Part shown: one piece after another, positions 37,520 to 51,300 of the stretch
How positions within the stretch are numbered: position 1 is the first letter of the stretch
Layout: each line of letters starts with the position of its first letter
DNA from: Dicyema japonicum
Lineage: Eukaryota > Animalia > Dicyemida
Assembly: GCA_011109175.1 (NCBI GenBank)
Contig: RDEW01000044.1
Span: forward strand, 254,878 to 318,877
DNA: 64,000 bases
Direction of reading: 5' to 3'
Notes under the pieces: generated by a model
Databases searched by the model: none
What the model was told of the DNA's origin: nothing
What the model saw: only the letters and a program-made list of their open reading frames with translations
Position numbers and translations under genes: made by a program

Positions 37520-40320
37520 GAAAAACACTCATTATACAATCGAGAACTCAGGCTAATGACGTTCAACGTACGTGGAATATCGAAAGATTGGACAAGGAAA
37601 ATACTTTGTGACGATCTCGAGAAATACAAAATATCTATTGGCTACAAGAGACGAAAATCGAAAATGGACGCAATGAGACATGGAACAACTACCGACTGAT
37701 TCTTTTCCCAACTGAATGCAAGCACTACGGCATGGGATTTGCCATACACGTGGATTACCTCAAAAAATTACATCGCTATTGGAGAGTCAACGACCGAATA
37801 TGTGTTCTACAAGTCAAACTAAATGAACTATGCCCGTCCAAGAGTCTATTAACTGTCATAAATGTCTATGCACCACACTGTAGACGAGTAATCAAGAACT
37901 CCGATGAGCTCGAGGAATTCTACTCAGAACTATCAAGCACATACTCTAACAATGCTTTTTCGTCCCTTGTCTTTGTTACGGAAGATATGAATGCAAAGGC
38001 CGGAATGCGAATAGAACCCTAAGAATCCTCTATTGGAAGACACGGGCGCGGAACGAGAAATGCATCTGGAGCCTCTCTGGTGAACTTCTGCGAGGCAAAT
38101 AGCCTATTCCTGTGCAACACGTCTTTCACGCACTCAGCTTGCCACAAGACGACGTGGCACGCACAAAGAAAAAACTCTGTCGGGGAGACTGTGAATGTAC
38201 ATACATTATCTGCCGAAAGTCTGATAAACACCTGATAAATGATGCACGCTCATACCAAGGGACAACAACTGACAGCTACCACAGGATCGTCATTGCAAAA
38301 CTTTCTGTAAAAAAGCACCTGACTGAGAGCAAATACATTGAAAACTCGAAGAAGGCGAGACAAAGACCCAATATATACTTTTAGACAAAAAAATTGTGGT
38401 TAGAGCCCACTTGTAGAGCTAAATATCACGAACAAATCGAGACTCTTATGGTGAAAACCGCACCGGAATCATCAGTACGAACTCTGTGGGATCAAACAAA
38501 GCAGGTAATCTCCAATCAAACAAAGCAGGTAATCTCCCTATTAAAAGATGTGGAATGCCTAAAGGACAATTCAAGGATGTATGCGGCTGCTGCGCACAAA
38601 GAAAGGATAAAACACCCTTCACATCAAATAAAAAGATTGAAAATTCATGTGTAACCAAGAAAAAAAGCAGAATTGACACTTCGAAACACTGTTGAATAAA
38701 GAAAATAATGACCCCTTTCCAGGGAGAAGCAAATGCGCTAAAAATCCCAATCACAGTGGAAGAGGTGGAATTAGCGCTAAATAAACTGAAGAACAACAAG
38801 AGTGCTGGGCCGAACAACATAAGTCCTGAGCTCCTAAAATATGGGCCAAAAAACTTAGCGACACAATTGCAAAAACCCTAAATGCCGTCTTTGTAACTAA
38901 TACCGATCTAGGACTTGGAAATGGATTATTATTACCCATACAAAAACCAAACAAATCAAAAGGACCAGTAGAAAATTTCCGATTCTGAATTCGATACGCA
39001 AGGTGCTGGCAAACATTGCACTAAATCAGATAAAGGGTGTGGCGGATCTATACATACCAGTATGTCAAAGTGGGTTCCGAAATGGGAGGTCTACGGCAGA
39101 CATTGTATGGAGCCACAGNNNNNNNNNNNNNNNNNNNNNNNNNNNNNNNNNNNNNNNNNNNNNNNNNNNNNNNNNNNNNNNNNNNNNNNNNNNNNNNNNN
39201 NNNNNNNNNNNNNNNNNNNNNNNNNNNNNNNNNNNNNNNNNNNNNNNNNNNNNNNNNNNNNNNNNNNNNNNNNNNNNNNNNNNNNNNNNNNNNNNNNNNN
39301 NNNNNNNNNNNNNNNNNNNNGATAAATAAACTGAAGAACAACAAGAGTGCTGGGCCGAACAACATAAGTCCTGAGCTCCTAAAATATGGGCCAAAAAAAC
39401 TTAGCGACACAATTGCAAAAACCCTAAATGCCGTCTTTGTAACTAATACCGATCTAGGACTTGGAAATGGATTATTATTACCCATACAAAAACCGAATAA
39501 ATCAAAAGGACCAGTAGAAAATTTCCGCTTCTGAATTCGATACGCAAGGTGCTGGCAAACATTGCACTAAATCAGATAAAGGGTGTGGCGGATCTATACA
39601 TACCAGTATGTCAAAGTGGGTTCCGAAATGGGAGGTCTACGGCAGACATTGTATGGAGCCACAGCGCAACGCACCAAAGATTCAAGAGCGCAACGACCGT
39701 GTTGGAAATAGATCTCTCCAGAGCTTTCGACTCAATAAACAGACAGAAACTGATGAATGTGCTTGAGCAATTATTTGATGAATCGTCGGTTAGGATAATC
39801 AGATTACTATTTGCGAACACAAGGACAGAAGGAGCAACTTCCCGCAGTTTCAAAACAACGATTGGGACACCCCAGGGTGATTCCTTCTCCCCTTTAATAT
39901 TCACCATATACCTTGAATCTGCACTTCAACACCTACTAGAAAATGCACCTGCGTAATGTTATATAGGGGATATAGAAGAGACATCTTATGCGGATGATGT
40001 GGATTTCGTATCACGGAACGTGACCGCACTCCAACACCTANTATTCACCATATACCTTGAATCTGCACTTCAACACCAACTAGAAAATGCACCTGCGTAA
40101 TGTTATATAGGGGATATAGAAGAGACATCTTATGCGGATGATGTGGATTTCGTATCACGGAACGTGACCGCACTCCAACACCTACTAGAAAATGCACCTG
40201 CGGAGCTTGAGAAATGGTTTCTCAGTGTAAATGTAAACAAAACTGAAATTACGGAAATCAAAAGAGAAGACGATTAACTCATGAAAGATGGAGACGTACT
40301 AATAAGCTCGGCTCTACTAG
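37520..40320 (+). mobile_element. RTE-like LINE (APE plus RT), frameshifted, with internal gap 39119-39320 and overlap duplications
   Basis: LRLMTFNVRG, VINVYAPH, DMNAK, NKSAGPNNI, QSGFRNGRSTADI, IDLSRAFDSINR, GTPQGDSFSPLIF and SYADDVDFV. Confidence 0.9.
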
Positions 40321-40330
40321 GAGACATTTG

Positions 40331-41596
40331 ATTTTAATCAACAAAAAAATCAATGATTTAAATCATTAAAAAATCAAAAAAATCATTTAAATTTTTTAAT
40401 GTCTGGAAGAAAGCGTGATGCCTTGTGGGTTCACTTCGATAAACGTATTATTCCTGGAAAGACCGAAACTCGAGCCAGATGCCGTAATTGCGGGAAGGAG
40501 GTACAAGGTCTCGTATCTCGGATGAGGCAGCATCATTTGTCATGTCGAACTAATACGATATCCCTGGAAATCCGTCGAAACCTGAAAGTGATTTGATCAG
40601 CGAATTCCTCCCAAGGATGAGGGACCAGTCTTTAATCAATTTCGTTACTACGACGACGTCATCGAAGAAAAATTTGATATGCAACTCGCTAGATACATAT
40701 ATTCCAGTAACACTCCTTTTGCTGCTGTAGAACATCCGGAATTCGTCAAATTCGTCCAAATGCTTCTTCCTGAGTATCGTTTACCCTTTCGTCATGTAGT
40801 CCATTGCTCGATCGTGAGTACGAAAAAATACATGAAGATTGTCGGCAAAGGTTCCAGGACAGTATCTATGATGTTGGAAAGTGGCGTAACATTGATAATG
40901 AACTTGTTACTTGTGTGTCAGTTGTAACATCGGATGAAGAAAGCAATCAAATTGACACTGTGGACACCTCTGGATATAGCCACACCGCGGAGTATCTTCA
41001 ATCTGTTGCTTTAGCTTCTCCAAAGTCCGCTGAGCAACGGATTGGATGTAAAATCGCGAGTTTTGTAACAGACAATGCTGCTAACGTGACTAAAATGAGG
41101 CGGATTGATGCAAGATGACGATGAAATTATTACATATGGTTGNAAATTGACACTGTGGACACCTCTGGATATAGCCACACCGCGGAGTATCTTCAATCTG
41201 TTGTTTTAGCTTCTCCAAAGTCCGCTGAGCAACGGTTTAGATGTAAAATCGCGAGTTTTGTAACAGACAATGCTGCCAACGTGACTAAAATGAGGCGGAT
41301 AATGATGCAAGATGACGATGAAATTATTACATATGGTTGCTCGGCACATTATCTTAACCTTCTCTCAAAGGATGTCGAAGTAGCTGACGTTAAAGAAACC
41401 ATCGTAAGAATAAATAAATACTTTAGAAACGTCCTCACATTCAAATATACGAAATAGGCTGGAAATTGAAAAGGCTGCCAAACTTGTCTTTGTTTACAAG
41501 CTTTTCAAATAAATACGATTTCCATTGTTTTTATTTTACCTTGTTTCCGAATAAAAAACATTTAATTCAAAAAAATCATGATTTTTAACAACTTTG
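40331..41596 (+). mobile_element. hAT transposon relic with BED zinc finger (internally deleted)
   Basis: RKRDALWVHF...RCRNCG...RMRQHHLSC, SNTPFAAVEHPEF, FVTDNAANV and YGCSAHYLNLL. aaaaaatcatgatttt-type subterminal motifs at both ends. Confidence 0.85.
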
Positions 41597-42382
41597 CCAA
41601 GAAGTAAATTTAGCTGAGTCTGGGGGTTGATAAATGGAAAGCAAACTCCACAGAAACCTAGGTAATGTTGTGTTTCCTGCATGACAGTTGACTACCTTGT
41701 GACGAAATGTAGGAGAATACTGAACATTTCTTGCCTCAGTTTCTACAAGTGGCATCTGTACGCTCTCGTGGTAAAAAAAAGAGCAATAGCAAACATTCAA
41801 TTCACCTTCGAACTGAATATCGTGAAAGTGTTAAGAAAACTGGACATCGATACAGTACGATGACATCAAGTGTGGAGATCGTGAATAACCATATCCTGGA
41901 AATCATAGTGGTTTGGATGTCTGTCACTAACATTTTTCAATGGGTTTGATTCCCCTGTTAGCTATTTGATCGAAATTTCTCTTTTATTCTGTTCCTTCTC
42001 TTTGAGTGGCTTCATGCGATTCACCTGTCTCAGATGACGCCTAATGACAGGACAGCACAAAAAGTTATTTACCCTCCCTCACTCCACTAAAGGGGTTCTC
42101 ACTACCGACTGTACCTTCTCATTCATTTCAACTAGTTCTGGGTGGACTTAAAAAGACTCTCTGACACTACTCTCGTGAGACCTGGGTACGTTTAATTAGT
42201 TGATAACTTCTTTCTCGGTGTAGCCGGGTCAGCAAATTTAGCCTCAAAGTCTTTTCTTAGAAGGAAAGTCATCGACATGCCACTTCTCTGTTTCCTCTCT
42301 ACTCAAACCAATTACCACATCTTCACCTGTACTTCACCAGTCTCAGATCTTCATTAAACATTTCTGGAAGCGTTATACAAGG

Positions 42383-43620
42383 ATGTCCATGAAAGAAAGT
42401 TTAATAATAACATTTTTAAATGATAAGATTCTATGTAGTCAAAAACTATACAAGATAATTGCCTGGATTCTAAACGAAACGTACAGTAAAGGAGTCACCT
42501 TGCCACTTGGAGAAGGACTATTGATACCAGTACAGAAGTTAAACATAAAAGCGGGGAAAGTTGAGAACCTAAGACCAGTGGTATTAACCAACACATTACG
42601 AAAGATACTAGTCAATATTACGCTTCAAAGAATGGAGGGACGCCTAGACTCGTACCTGTCGGCTTATCAAAGTGGCTTCCGCAAAGGAAGATCAACGTCA
42701 GATGTTATATGGAGAAGTGCGACTGTTCAAAAATTTAAAATAACGACAACCATTCTGGGAATTGATGTGTCAAAGGCCTTTAATTCCGTCAACAGGAACA
42801 AGCTGCTGCAAATACTGGAGCACTTCTTGGAGGGCTCAACGATAAGGATGGGTAGGACACTCTTGACGGACACGAGTTTGATGGTCAGGACTGGCCGTCC
42901 AAATTCTTATACAAGAGAACATGAACTGATCCAATATCATGTGATATTACTGACTCAAGATGAAGGCTCTTTGGACACATACTCCGTTACGATATGGGGA
43001 CCCCTGCATACATAACAATGGAGGAGTATTTTGTCTTAGTGGCTTCTCGTTTTAGAGCACAACACTGCCGGTAATCCTAGATGAAGATCTCAGGAGGATT
43101 GGAAAGTGCCTTAAAGATGGGGACGATCTAGATATGCTACGGAACATGGCAACAGATTGAAAAAGATGGGCGAATTTAATTAGATTGTTAACTTTGTGTT
43201 GCACATGCTTTGTCATGATCTTGGCATCATCGCATACTAATAATAATACCATGTGTTCTTGGATACTCTTGGCCAAAGAAAATTTCAGACAATAAACTAT
43301 TCTGACTGATTGTGGACCAATAAGTCTAATCGTACTTGAATCAGGCTGGCGCCTTTTTGGACATATTCTACGGATGGATGAACAGACATGGAAGAGTTTT
43401 TCAAAACATATTTCGGCCATATTGTATCTCCTGTATTCAGAGAACGTCCGAGAAATTGTCTTCCAAGGAAACTCGCGGAGGATCACGCAGTGATCGGGGG
43501 CCGACTGATAGATGCGGACGAACTGGACGATATCTAGAAACGAGCACGACCACGTAAAGGACGGAACTAACGGAAAGGATGTCGAAAAACATGGCACAAG
43601 CGAAACCATAAACAGTGTTT
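42383..43620 (+). mobile_element. RTE-like RT relic
   Basis: ENLRPVVLTNTLRKIL, QSGFRKGRSTSDV and GIDVSKAFNSVNR. Confidence 0.85.
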
Positions 43621-43679
43621 ACTGGTAACGCGGATGTGCTTTAACTAACTATACCATGTAGTTGGGATGTTTATGACCA

Positions 43680-43960
43680 ATTTATATGACCAATGATGAC
43701 TTATGCAAGTCCATCGTGGCCGATTTTGATTTCCCACTCCTCATCTCTAAAACTCTCAGGAAGCTGCAATAAAGATTATTTGACCAGGCGACAATATCCA
43801 ACCGATCTGAAAATAGAATTACAACGAAAACTCTTAATGGAGGCCGTTGCAGAGCCGGTTTTGGGTCAGAATATCTACAATCATACAAAAAGGTTGAGCC
43901 GATGCCATTTCAGATAAGAAGAGCAGTACTGGAATCTCGACCCCTTCATACTCGTCCTCT
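43680..43960 (+). mobile_element. LINE post-RT relic
   Basis: PMMTYASPSW motif. Confidence 0.45.
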
Positions 43961-45361
43961 CGTTGATCATTTAGGATCACTTAGTTGAGAACTTTCATTT
44001 CTTTCTCTTTGACCCAGTGAACTGAAATATCAGTACCCAAAAAAACTAAATAAATTTTGTCCACCAAAATTTCATATTTAGTTTTTTAGATATTAATAAG
44101 CGACTCTTCCTTGTTGGTCTACCTCAACACATGGATAGGGAAAGTGTAGCTCTTTTCTTTCAAATGCCACCACGTCGTCGGCTAATCATATATATTTTCA
44201 AACCATCCAGGATTTCGTCCACGTCGGATAGGACTTCCCCCATCGAGGTCTGGGTCACTTAGTTAGTTGGGTTTTTCCTTTTTACCCGGTGATCCAAGAA
44301 TAATACTAAACGACTTTACCAATTTATAGTAAATTAGTTTGCAGTCACACCGACGGCATAGGACGTGACATTATTTCCAAGTCTTAGAAAGGTCACATTT
44401 CCATAGTTATTTACACTCCACTTGTAAATATTGAAACGGCATTATTTCCATTAATTTCAATCAGGCTTATCTGTCCGATGAAAACTCTTTCCAACAACTG
44501 TCACACAGAGTCTTCAAATCCTTTCATTCTTCACTTCAAATTAAGTAGTGGGTAAATATGTATTCTATGTGCTCATTGTACCTTGTTACTATTTTCCATG
44601 CAACATCTCCTCAAGAATCCTCATTCGAGTTTTAAGATAAAAAATTGTTGTAGCAGGTTCTGTGATTGAGATCTTATCATTCAGTTGTCTTTACTCCTTT
44701 TTTGTTATGAACGATCCGAAATCCCGTAGAAAGACAGTGATTTGGATCTCGAACCCCCGAAGTTTCGGCTTTGATGGGTTTGGAGACGAAATGCCCCAAT
44801 AGCTCGATTAAATATATTTTTCAAACAAAAACAAATAAACAACATCGTCAGCAACAAATCAGGCTCAGCTCCCGAAAGAAGGTAGAAAATGGCACTTCTC
44901 AGAAACAAATATTTGTTAAAATTACCAATAGTCAAAAAATATATTTACCAAAGTAAAAAAAGCTTAATTCCGTATAATTAAATGAAGAATCTTAAACCGC
45001 ACTGATCTTAGAATTCATCTCGAATATCCAATGGAGTTCACTAAGATCGTCCGAACGCGTGGAAATCTGATTCCCTAGTCGATTTAAAAACCCCACTGTC
45101 AAGAATCCCATACCACAGACAGTCTCCACAGGAATAAAGTCAGGATACTTCCTTTTCGACATTTTGGCTGTCATAGAAGGCACTTTGATGTAGGTTGCTA
45201 GAGAAAATTTCAATTTGTTTTGAAATGTGATTGACATGTCATTTAATCTGAGAAATTAATCCCAAATAAGGGTTGATATGGTTATACATACAATCAATCA
45301 ATCGACTAATGATTTAAAATCAACGATTCATATAAAAACAAATGACAAAATGCAAGAATAT

Positions 45362-48300
45362 ATGAGCCCAAGGGATCTTTGTTTATTCACACTTTTGATA
45401 TTATCCTGCGCTCAAAATTGTATTCGATTTGGTAAACAAAGTAACCCCCCACGTCGATCACATCTATCCTCGATGTGGGTCCATTGCTGGAGAAACTTTG
45501 ATAGAAATAACAGGGGACGGTTTGATCCATTACTTAGTTGAGGATTCTCTGATGAAGCGTTCACGTTGAATATTGGGGGTCAGAACACCAAAGGGAACGT
45601 AGTTTACCTGTACTCCTCGACCCAATCTTACAAATGCAACATCCGCACAGATTTAACGCACAGCAAGGCAATATTCTGCTTCACTGAGTAACTCAAGTCA
45701 CACAGTTTAGAACCATGCCTTATGGGAACTATAACATTTTGGTGCACGTGGACGGAGTAAGAATACCGAGTAATCAAATTTGCCGAGACAAATCAGCAAG
45801 TAGGTGCATGTTCTTTGTAATTTGAAATTTGATTTCAAGACTCGGTCGTACTGCACTCCCAAGATCACTCAAATAGATCCTCAAACGGGTCCCCCAGGTT
45901 GAGTCGTATAATGTTTTCAGACCAACTCATCACCGTCACTGGGATATTTTACTCTACGATTTATTTGAACAATAAAGTCGGAGTCTCTAATGAAGTCAAA
46001 CCGAAATTTACGAGGTTGAAGTCTTTATTAATGCTAGAATATATTTTGGGGGTGAAACCTGCGAAGTTGTGAATCAGACGACCAATGAACCGTAGTTTTA
46101 TCGGTAACATAGATATGACTTTAATTTGACTTCCCCAACCAATGGGAAGTTCAAATGTAAACTTTCGAATGTCAGGATTGGGGGAATCAACGGGAGTGTA
46201 ATTATTGACAGAAACTATGGGAGGTTTGTTTAAGATTTCACAATCAGATCGATTTCTCAGTCAGTAATGCTATTCAATAATCTGAAATACGGACAGTATG
46301 AGGCATACGCGGGTTTACTGCATTCCTAATTGTAGAAATAACATCAATCACCCCCCATGTGGGCAGTCAACAGGGAGGTACTATTTTGACGATATTTGGT
46401 CGTAACTTTTACAATGACAGCACTGTCGCTTTAGTTGGGGGTTGAATCGCTATGTATAACTTATGCAGGGAGAAGATGCACAATAAGATCCATCAATAAG
46501 CATAAAATTGTTTGTAAGGCGGATAAGGACTTTAACGGAACCTTCTATTCCGGTTTTCTTGAACCTTGATATTTTAGGGAGTCGAGGATTCCTGTTAGAA
46601 TATTGGAACTCCTCCTCGAATTTTTCCAGTTTAAGGGAGATAGAGAACTACACATCCGCGGATGCTGGCTATGGGAGGATTAGAGGATTGTCTGGAAACA
46701 TAAAACTTCCTACGGGAGACATGAGTATCAGACTATCGGGAATATTCCGTCCACCAAAAAGTGGACACTATCAATTTGACATGAACGACAAGTCCTTGAC
46801 TTTATTTTGCTTCAAATTTACTGATTCAGTACAAAATACTCACTCATAGGTCACAATCTGCGACCAATATACATTTACGAGATTTTATTTGCTCAAAGAC
46901 AGAGGGTTGTGATATCACTTACGTTAAGATATTACATAACTATACTCAAAAAATACAACGGGGAGTCCACTTGCCGCGTGGATTTCAAACTTTTCGAATC
47001 CCCATATTCCTGGATCTCCCTCCCATTGGTTGTTCCAGAAAAGCAGATTATTAGCATGAATTATAACTACATTCCAGAGCAACACGTACTACCTAACTTA
47101 AAGGGTAGAGTTGCTTCTTTCCCAACCAATCAGTGTCCCCACTTGGGGATCTCATCGGAGTGCGGATTTATAAAAATAAGACCAATGCGGAATACCGAAT
47201 AAGCTTCAATAGCGTTGAAACGGGTTGAGAGTGAGCTTACATTAGAAATTTTAAAAAGCAGCGACATAGCACAGCTTCTACAAGCCAAAGTTAACCAACA
47301 CCCAATCTTGGGGGATTACCTTGTAAATGTAGAGAACTATACGAACACTGAAAACACTACAAACTTCGTTTTACATTTCACGATACATCCGGGTTTGTTT
47401 TTAGATTATTATAGGTGATTCCATGTCACTCTCTATTTTGAGTGTAAACGAGTCTGTCTCACACTATTCTCTCAATAAAATAGCTAATGGAACTTCTGGG
47501 AGTTACTATTTGCTATTGAAAAGCGAAAATTACAATTTACCGCCAATTTCTTTAAATTTTAATACCAGCAAGGTATCGCTTGCTTAATGATTAGATTGAG
47601 AAACAACTCATGAAGGCCTATGAAATTCGGTGTCCTAAAGATTTCGATAAATTGTCAAATTCAGTATTTTTCGTGGAGGACTTTGAAACTTCCGATAACT
47701 ACTTTGGTAACGCATTCTGTGGGGGACACTCTAATAAAAACCTAATTGAGATTTTAAATTTCGAAGCTTTGAGAAACAAACCCAACATAGTAACGTTCAA
47801 AATGGTAATTATAATCTCCTATAACAAGCTGTGTTTTGCCTACAACGGATATCCCCCAAATGCCTTGTATATCGTATATTCTACGGACGGGAAGACCTAT
47901 TCCTCGAATACATACAATTTATCCCTACCAGATTCAATATTGTTTGATATGGGACTTGTCACTTTAAAGGGAATGGAATTACGAGTGCGTTGACCTTGTA
48001 CAGCTGATGAGTGACGTCCAGTCGTCGATCGTCCTTGTAAAGTTGGCGGAAGTGATTAACACGGGACTGGTCTATTATGATCTCGTTTCTCTAAGCACTA
48101 CTCGCAGAAATACGGATAAAATATGTTTTTTGATTTAATTGATTCAGCAATTTTGACCAATCAGAGAGTGCTTCCCCCGAGTAAATATTCCGTAAGTCGT
48201 ATAAGCGTTTCAAAATTTTTAAATCATCTCAACGTGACTTATCAGTTGAATTACTGCTTCGGAAATATTCCCCCTGCTATGGTTCTCAGCGATATAGAGT

Positions 48301-51300
48301 GATTCGTAGATATCAAATAATCAAAATTTTCCATACTGTCAAAAAATTTCAAATATGAGCTCCCCCTCTGAAGGAGATCTAGTATTCACTTTCAACAGGA
48401 AGACTATCAAAGCCTCAGAAGGTTATTGGAATGTTATAAACGTGATTTAGTCGTCGACTGTAAGGTCACTGTAGCGGAGACAAATTATGCTGGGACTACT
48501 TCAGTTACGAAAAACGGATTTAAATGCCAGAAATGGAATTCTTCAGGTTGAGCCTTTTAGTAAATGGCAAGAATATAATTTCTGCAGAAATCCCGACGGA
48601 AAACCCTTAGGTCCTTGGTGCTACATTGACTTGAACCATACTACATGGGAGTATTGCGACATTCCCTTATGCAGTAGCATTTCTGAGATATTAAAGCTCA
48701 ACTGAATGCGACCAACATGAAAAGTGTCTTGGAATATTTCCCCGACATTGGGATACTGTACGTTTCTGGGTACTCCAACTGCGAAAATTCTCGGTATTAC
48801 ATAGCTCTCCTGTCGTACAAGGGGAATGCCGAATCAATTCAGGTCACATTCGTCAAATGAATTTTTAGGTGAACACATCAAATGATCGAATTCAAATATC
48901 CCACTATTTAGTGGCTGACGGTCACCTTCGTACGTATATTCCACAATCAATGGTAAGACAAAAGTTTTCCGAGCCACAAGTTGAGGTTATAATAAACGAA
49001 TCTCCTTCCCTTTGCTCTGGGAATTGTTCTTTTTCAGTAGCTAACATGTCTACACCAACAGTCACCTCAATTGAGCCTCTTTCGAGTTTACTAACTGATC
49101 ATTTTTAGTACAAAATCCCGAAACTAACATAACACTACGAGGGACTCTATTCAGCGCAAATTTATCATCAAATACTATTCTGCTTGGTGGGAACGACTGT
49201 GTGCCATTTCAATCTTCTCCCAACGAAATAAACTGTTCGTTGAGAATTCGAAATGACATAAACTCCCTCTGCAACGTTTCCGTATTGGTAGACCCTATCG
49301 GATACGCCAGATTGGCCCAAGAGTTTTGTCTAAATCCTCAAATATCTGTTACCAACATCTCCAGGAATGTTAGTTCCATCAATGGTGGCTAAATCTGTTA
49401 TACTTAGGGGGTGAATATTTGACTATCAATGGCTTCGGGTTCCAAGTTTTGTCTAAATCCTCAAATATCTGTTACCAACATCTCCAGGAATGTTAGTTCC
49501 ATCAATGGTGGCTAAATCTGTTATACTTAGGGGGTGAATATTTGACTATCAATGGCTTCGGGTTCCAAGCAAACATGAAAATCCTTGTCGATTCAAAGTC
49601 CGCGGTGATTGTAAGGAGGTCAATGTACAGAGTGACGTTTGTGACCCCAATCCAAAACGTATTTAAATTTTAACGATTTAATAGTCCATTGGAATATACA
49701 GAATTTCGTTATTTAATTTAAACAGATTTTATCACGCTGGAGTTATTGTTTACGAAGATTCGACAACTCCCATGGTTTCGGGGGTGCATCCTACTCATCT
49801 TAGTGTCGCAGGTTGGCGTTTTTTATTCAGCCAAGGGAGTCAAACATTAACACTCAATATAAGTAATTTGCTATGTGGAAATGAAACTGTAGTCTTGAAT
49901 ATAAACAACGTTGAAATCAACCAGTCTTCCTGCTCTAATTACTCTTACTATTTCCTTACTCCGTCTTTGTCCCCCGGAAATTATTCTTTTGAGGCAAAAA
50001 CCCGAAACGGAGTAATCAACAAGTATTCGTTTTGAAAATTAAGAGAATATAAACAACGTTGAAATCAACCAGTCTTCCTGCTCTAATTACTCTTACTATT
50101 TCCTTACTCCGTCTTTGTCCCCCGGAAATTATTCTTTTGAGGCAAAAACCCGAAACGGAGTAATCAACAAGTATTCGTTTTGAAAATTAAGACTCAGCCA
50201 ATACAACCTGATTTATGTGTAAATGATTACGTCAATGTTCCCAACAGGTGGGTCCATCTTTGGAGGAACTGAACTGAGCATTGGTGGAGAAGGTCTTGGA
50301 AATAGCTCCGAAATCTCAGTAAGATTGGGGAACCATCGGTGTGAAGTGAATTTCGTAAATTCGACATTTTTAAGCTGCAAAACATCCGAGAGTGCGAATG
50401 TACAAAAAGTAACAAACCTTGGGGTACATTCACGTACTGATATTACTAATATATAGAAAATGGAAAGGGGTACCGATGGCTGCCTGACGAAGTAACAATC
50501 CGAGTTGGCGACTATGTAATGTGGGAGTGGTTCTCTCCACTTAGAATTACCTCTATAAATTATAAGATTCATCAAACACACTCCCTCACAAATACGAAAT
50601 TCCTTTCTCGGGGATTCGTTAGCGGAAATGCTTCAAATTCTGGTATTTCATGCTTTAAATTTACAAGGAACATATAAACATCAGTTTCTAAAGCCGGGGA
50701 AGTACTTTTACTGGTCTCTCCCGGTCGTTGCCGACCGTGATTTGTCCTTGAAGGGAATCGTGAATGTGGTCAATAACAAAGATGAATCGTTCCCCCTAAA
50801 TGTGACGATGGTGGGTATTCTTCCAGAATATGCATGTATGCGGTTATTATTATTTTATCAGTAAACAACAGTCTAACCCAGCCTCAACCCCCTAATTGCC
50901 CGAATATAGTAAATAATTGTACCCTGATTTCTGACTTTAACTTTACCTATTCAAATTGTGGGGGTCCGAAAATCCTCTCCGTCTCCCAGCCAAATAGGGG
51001 CTTCTTTGGGAGTATAATCATTACTGGTATAATATATTTGGAAAATACAGGGACTAATTTTGGTGGCAGAACATGCCAGAACTCCGTCAGCATTGATGGC
51101 CAACGATGCGTCGTCTTGGAATCCAATAAAACTCGAATTACCTGCAAAATAGACGAACTGCACAACTCTTCATTTGGCTACAAAAGGCTGATGAGAGTTT
51201 GGACTAAAAACGTTGGATACGGACTTTTCAAACTTTCAAAGGATTCAATAAACTCTGTTTATCTTATGCCCGAAATATCAACGGTTGTCCTTAACAAGAG

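Noticed and set aside
44705-45340. Short ORFs upstream of PKHD1L1 as a divergent gene
   Set aside because: No recognisable motif and no convincing micro-intron model.
50217-50247. Pair of 31-32 nt introns that would bypass the TAA at 50220
   Set aside because: This would delete ITSMFP, which matches the recalled conserved VTSMFP.
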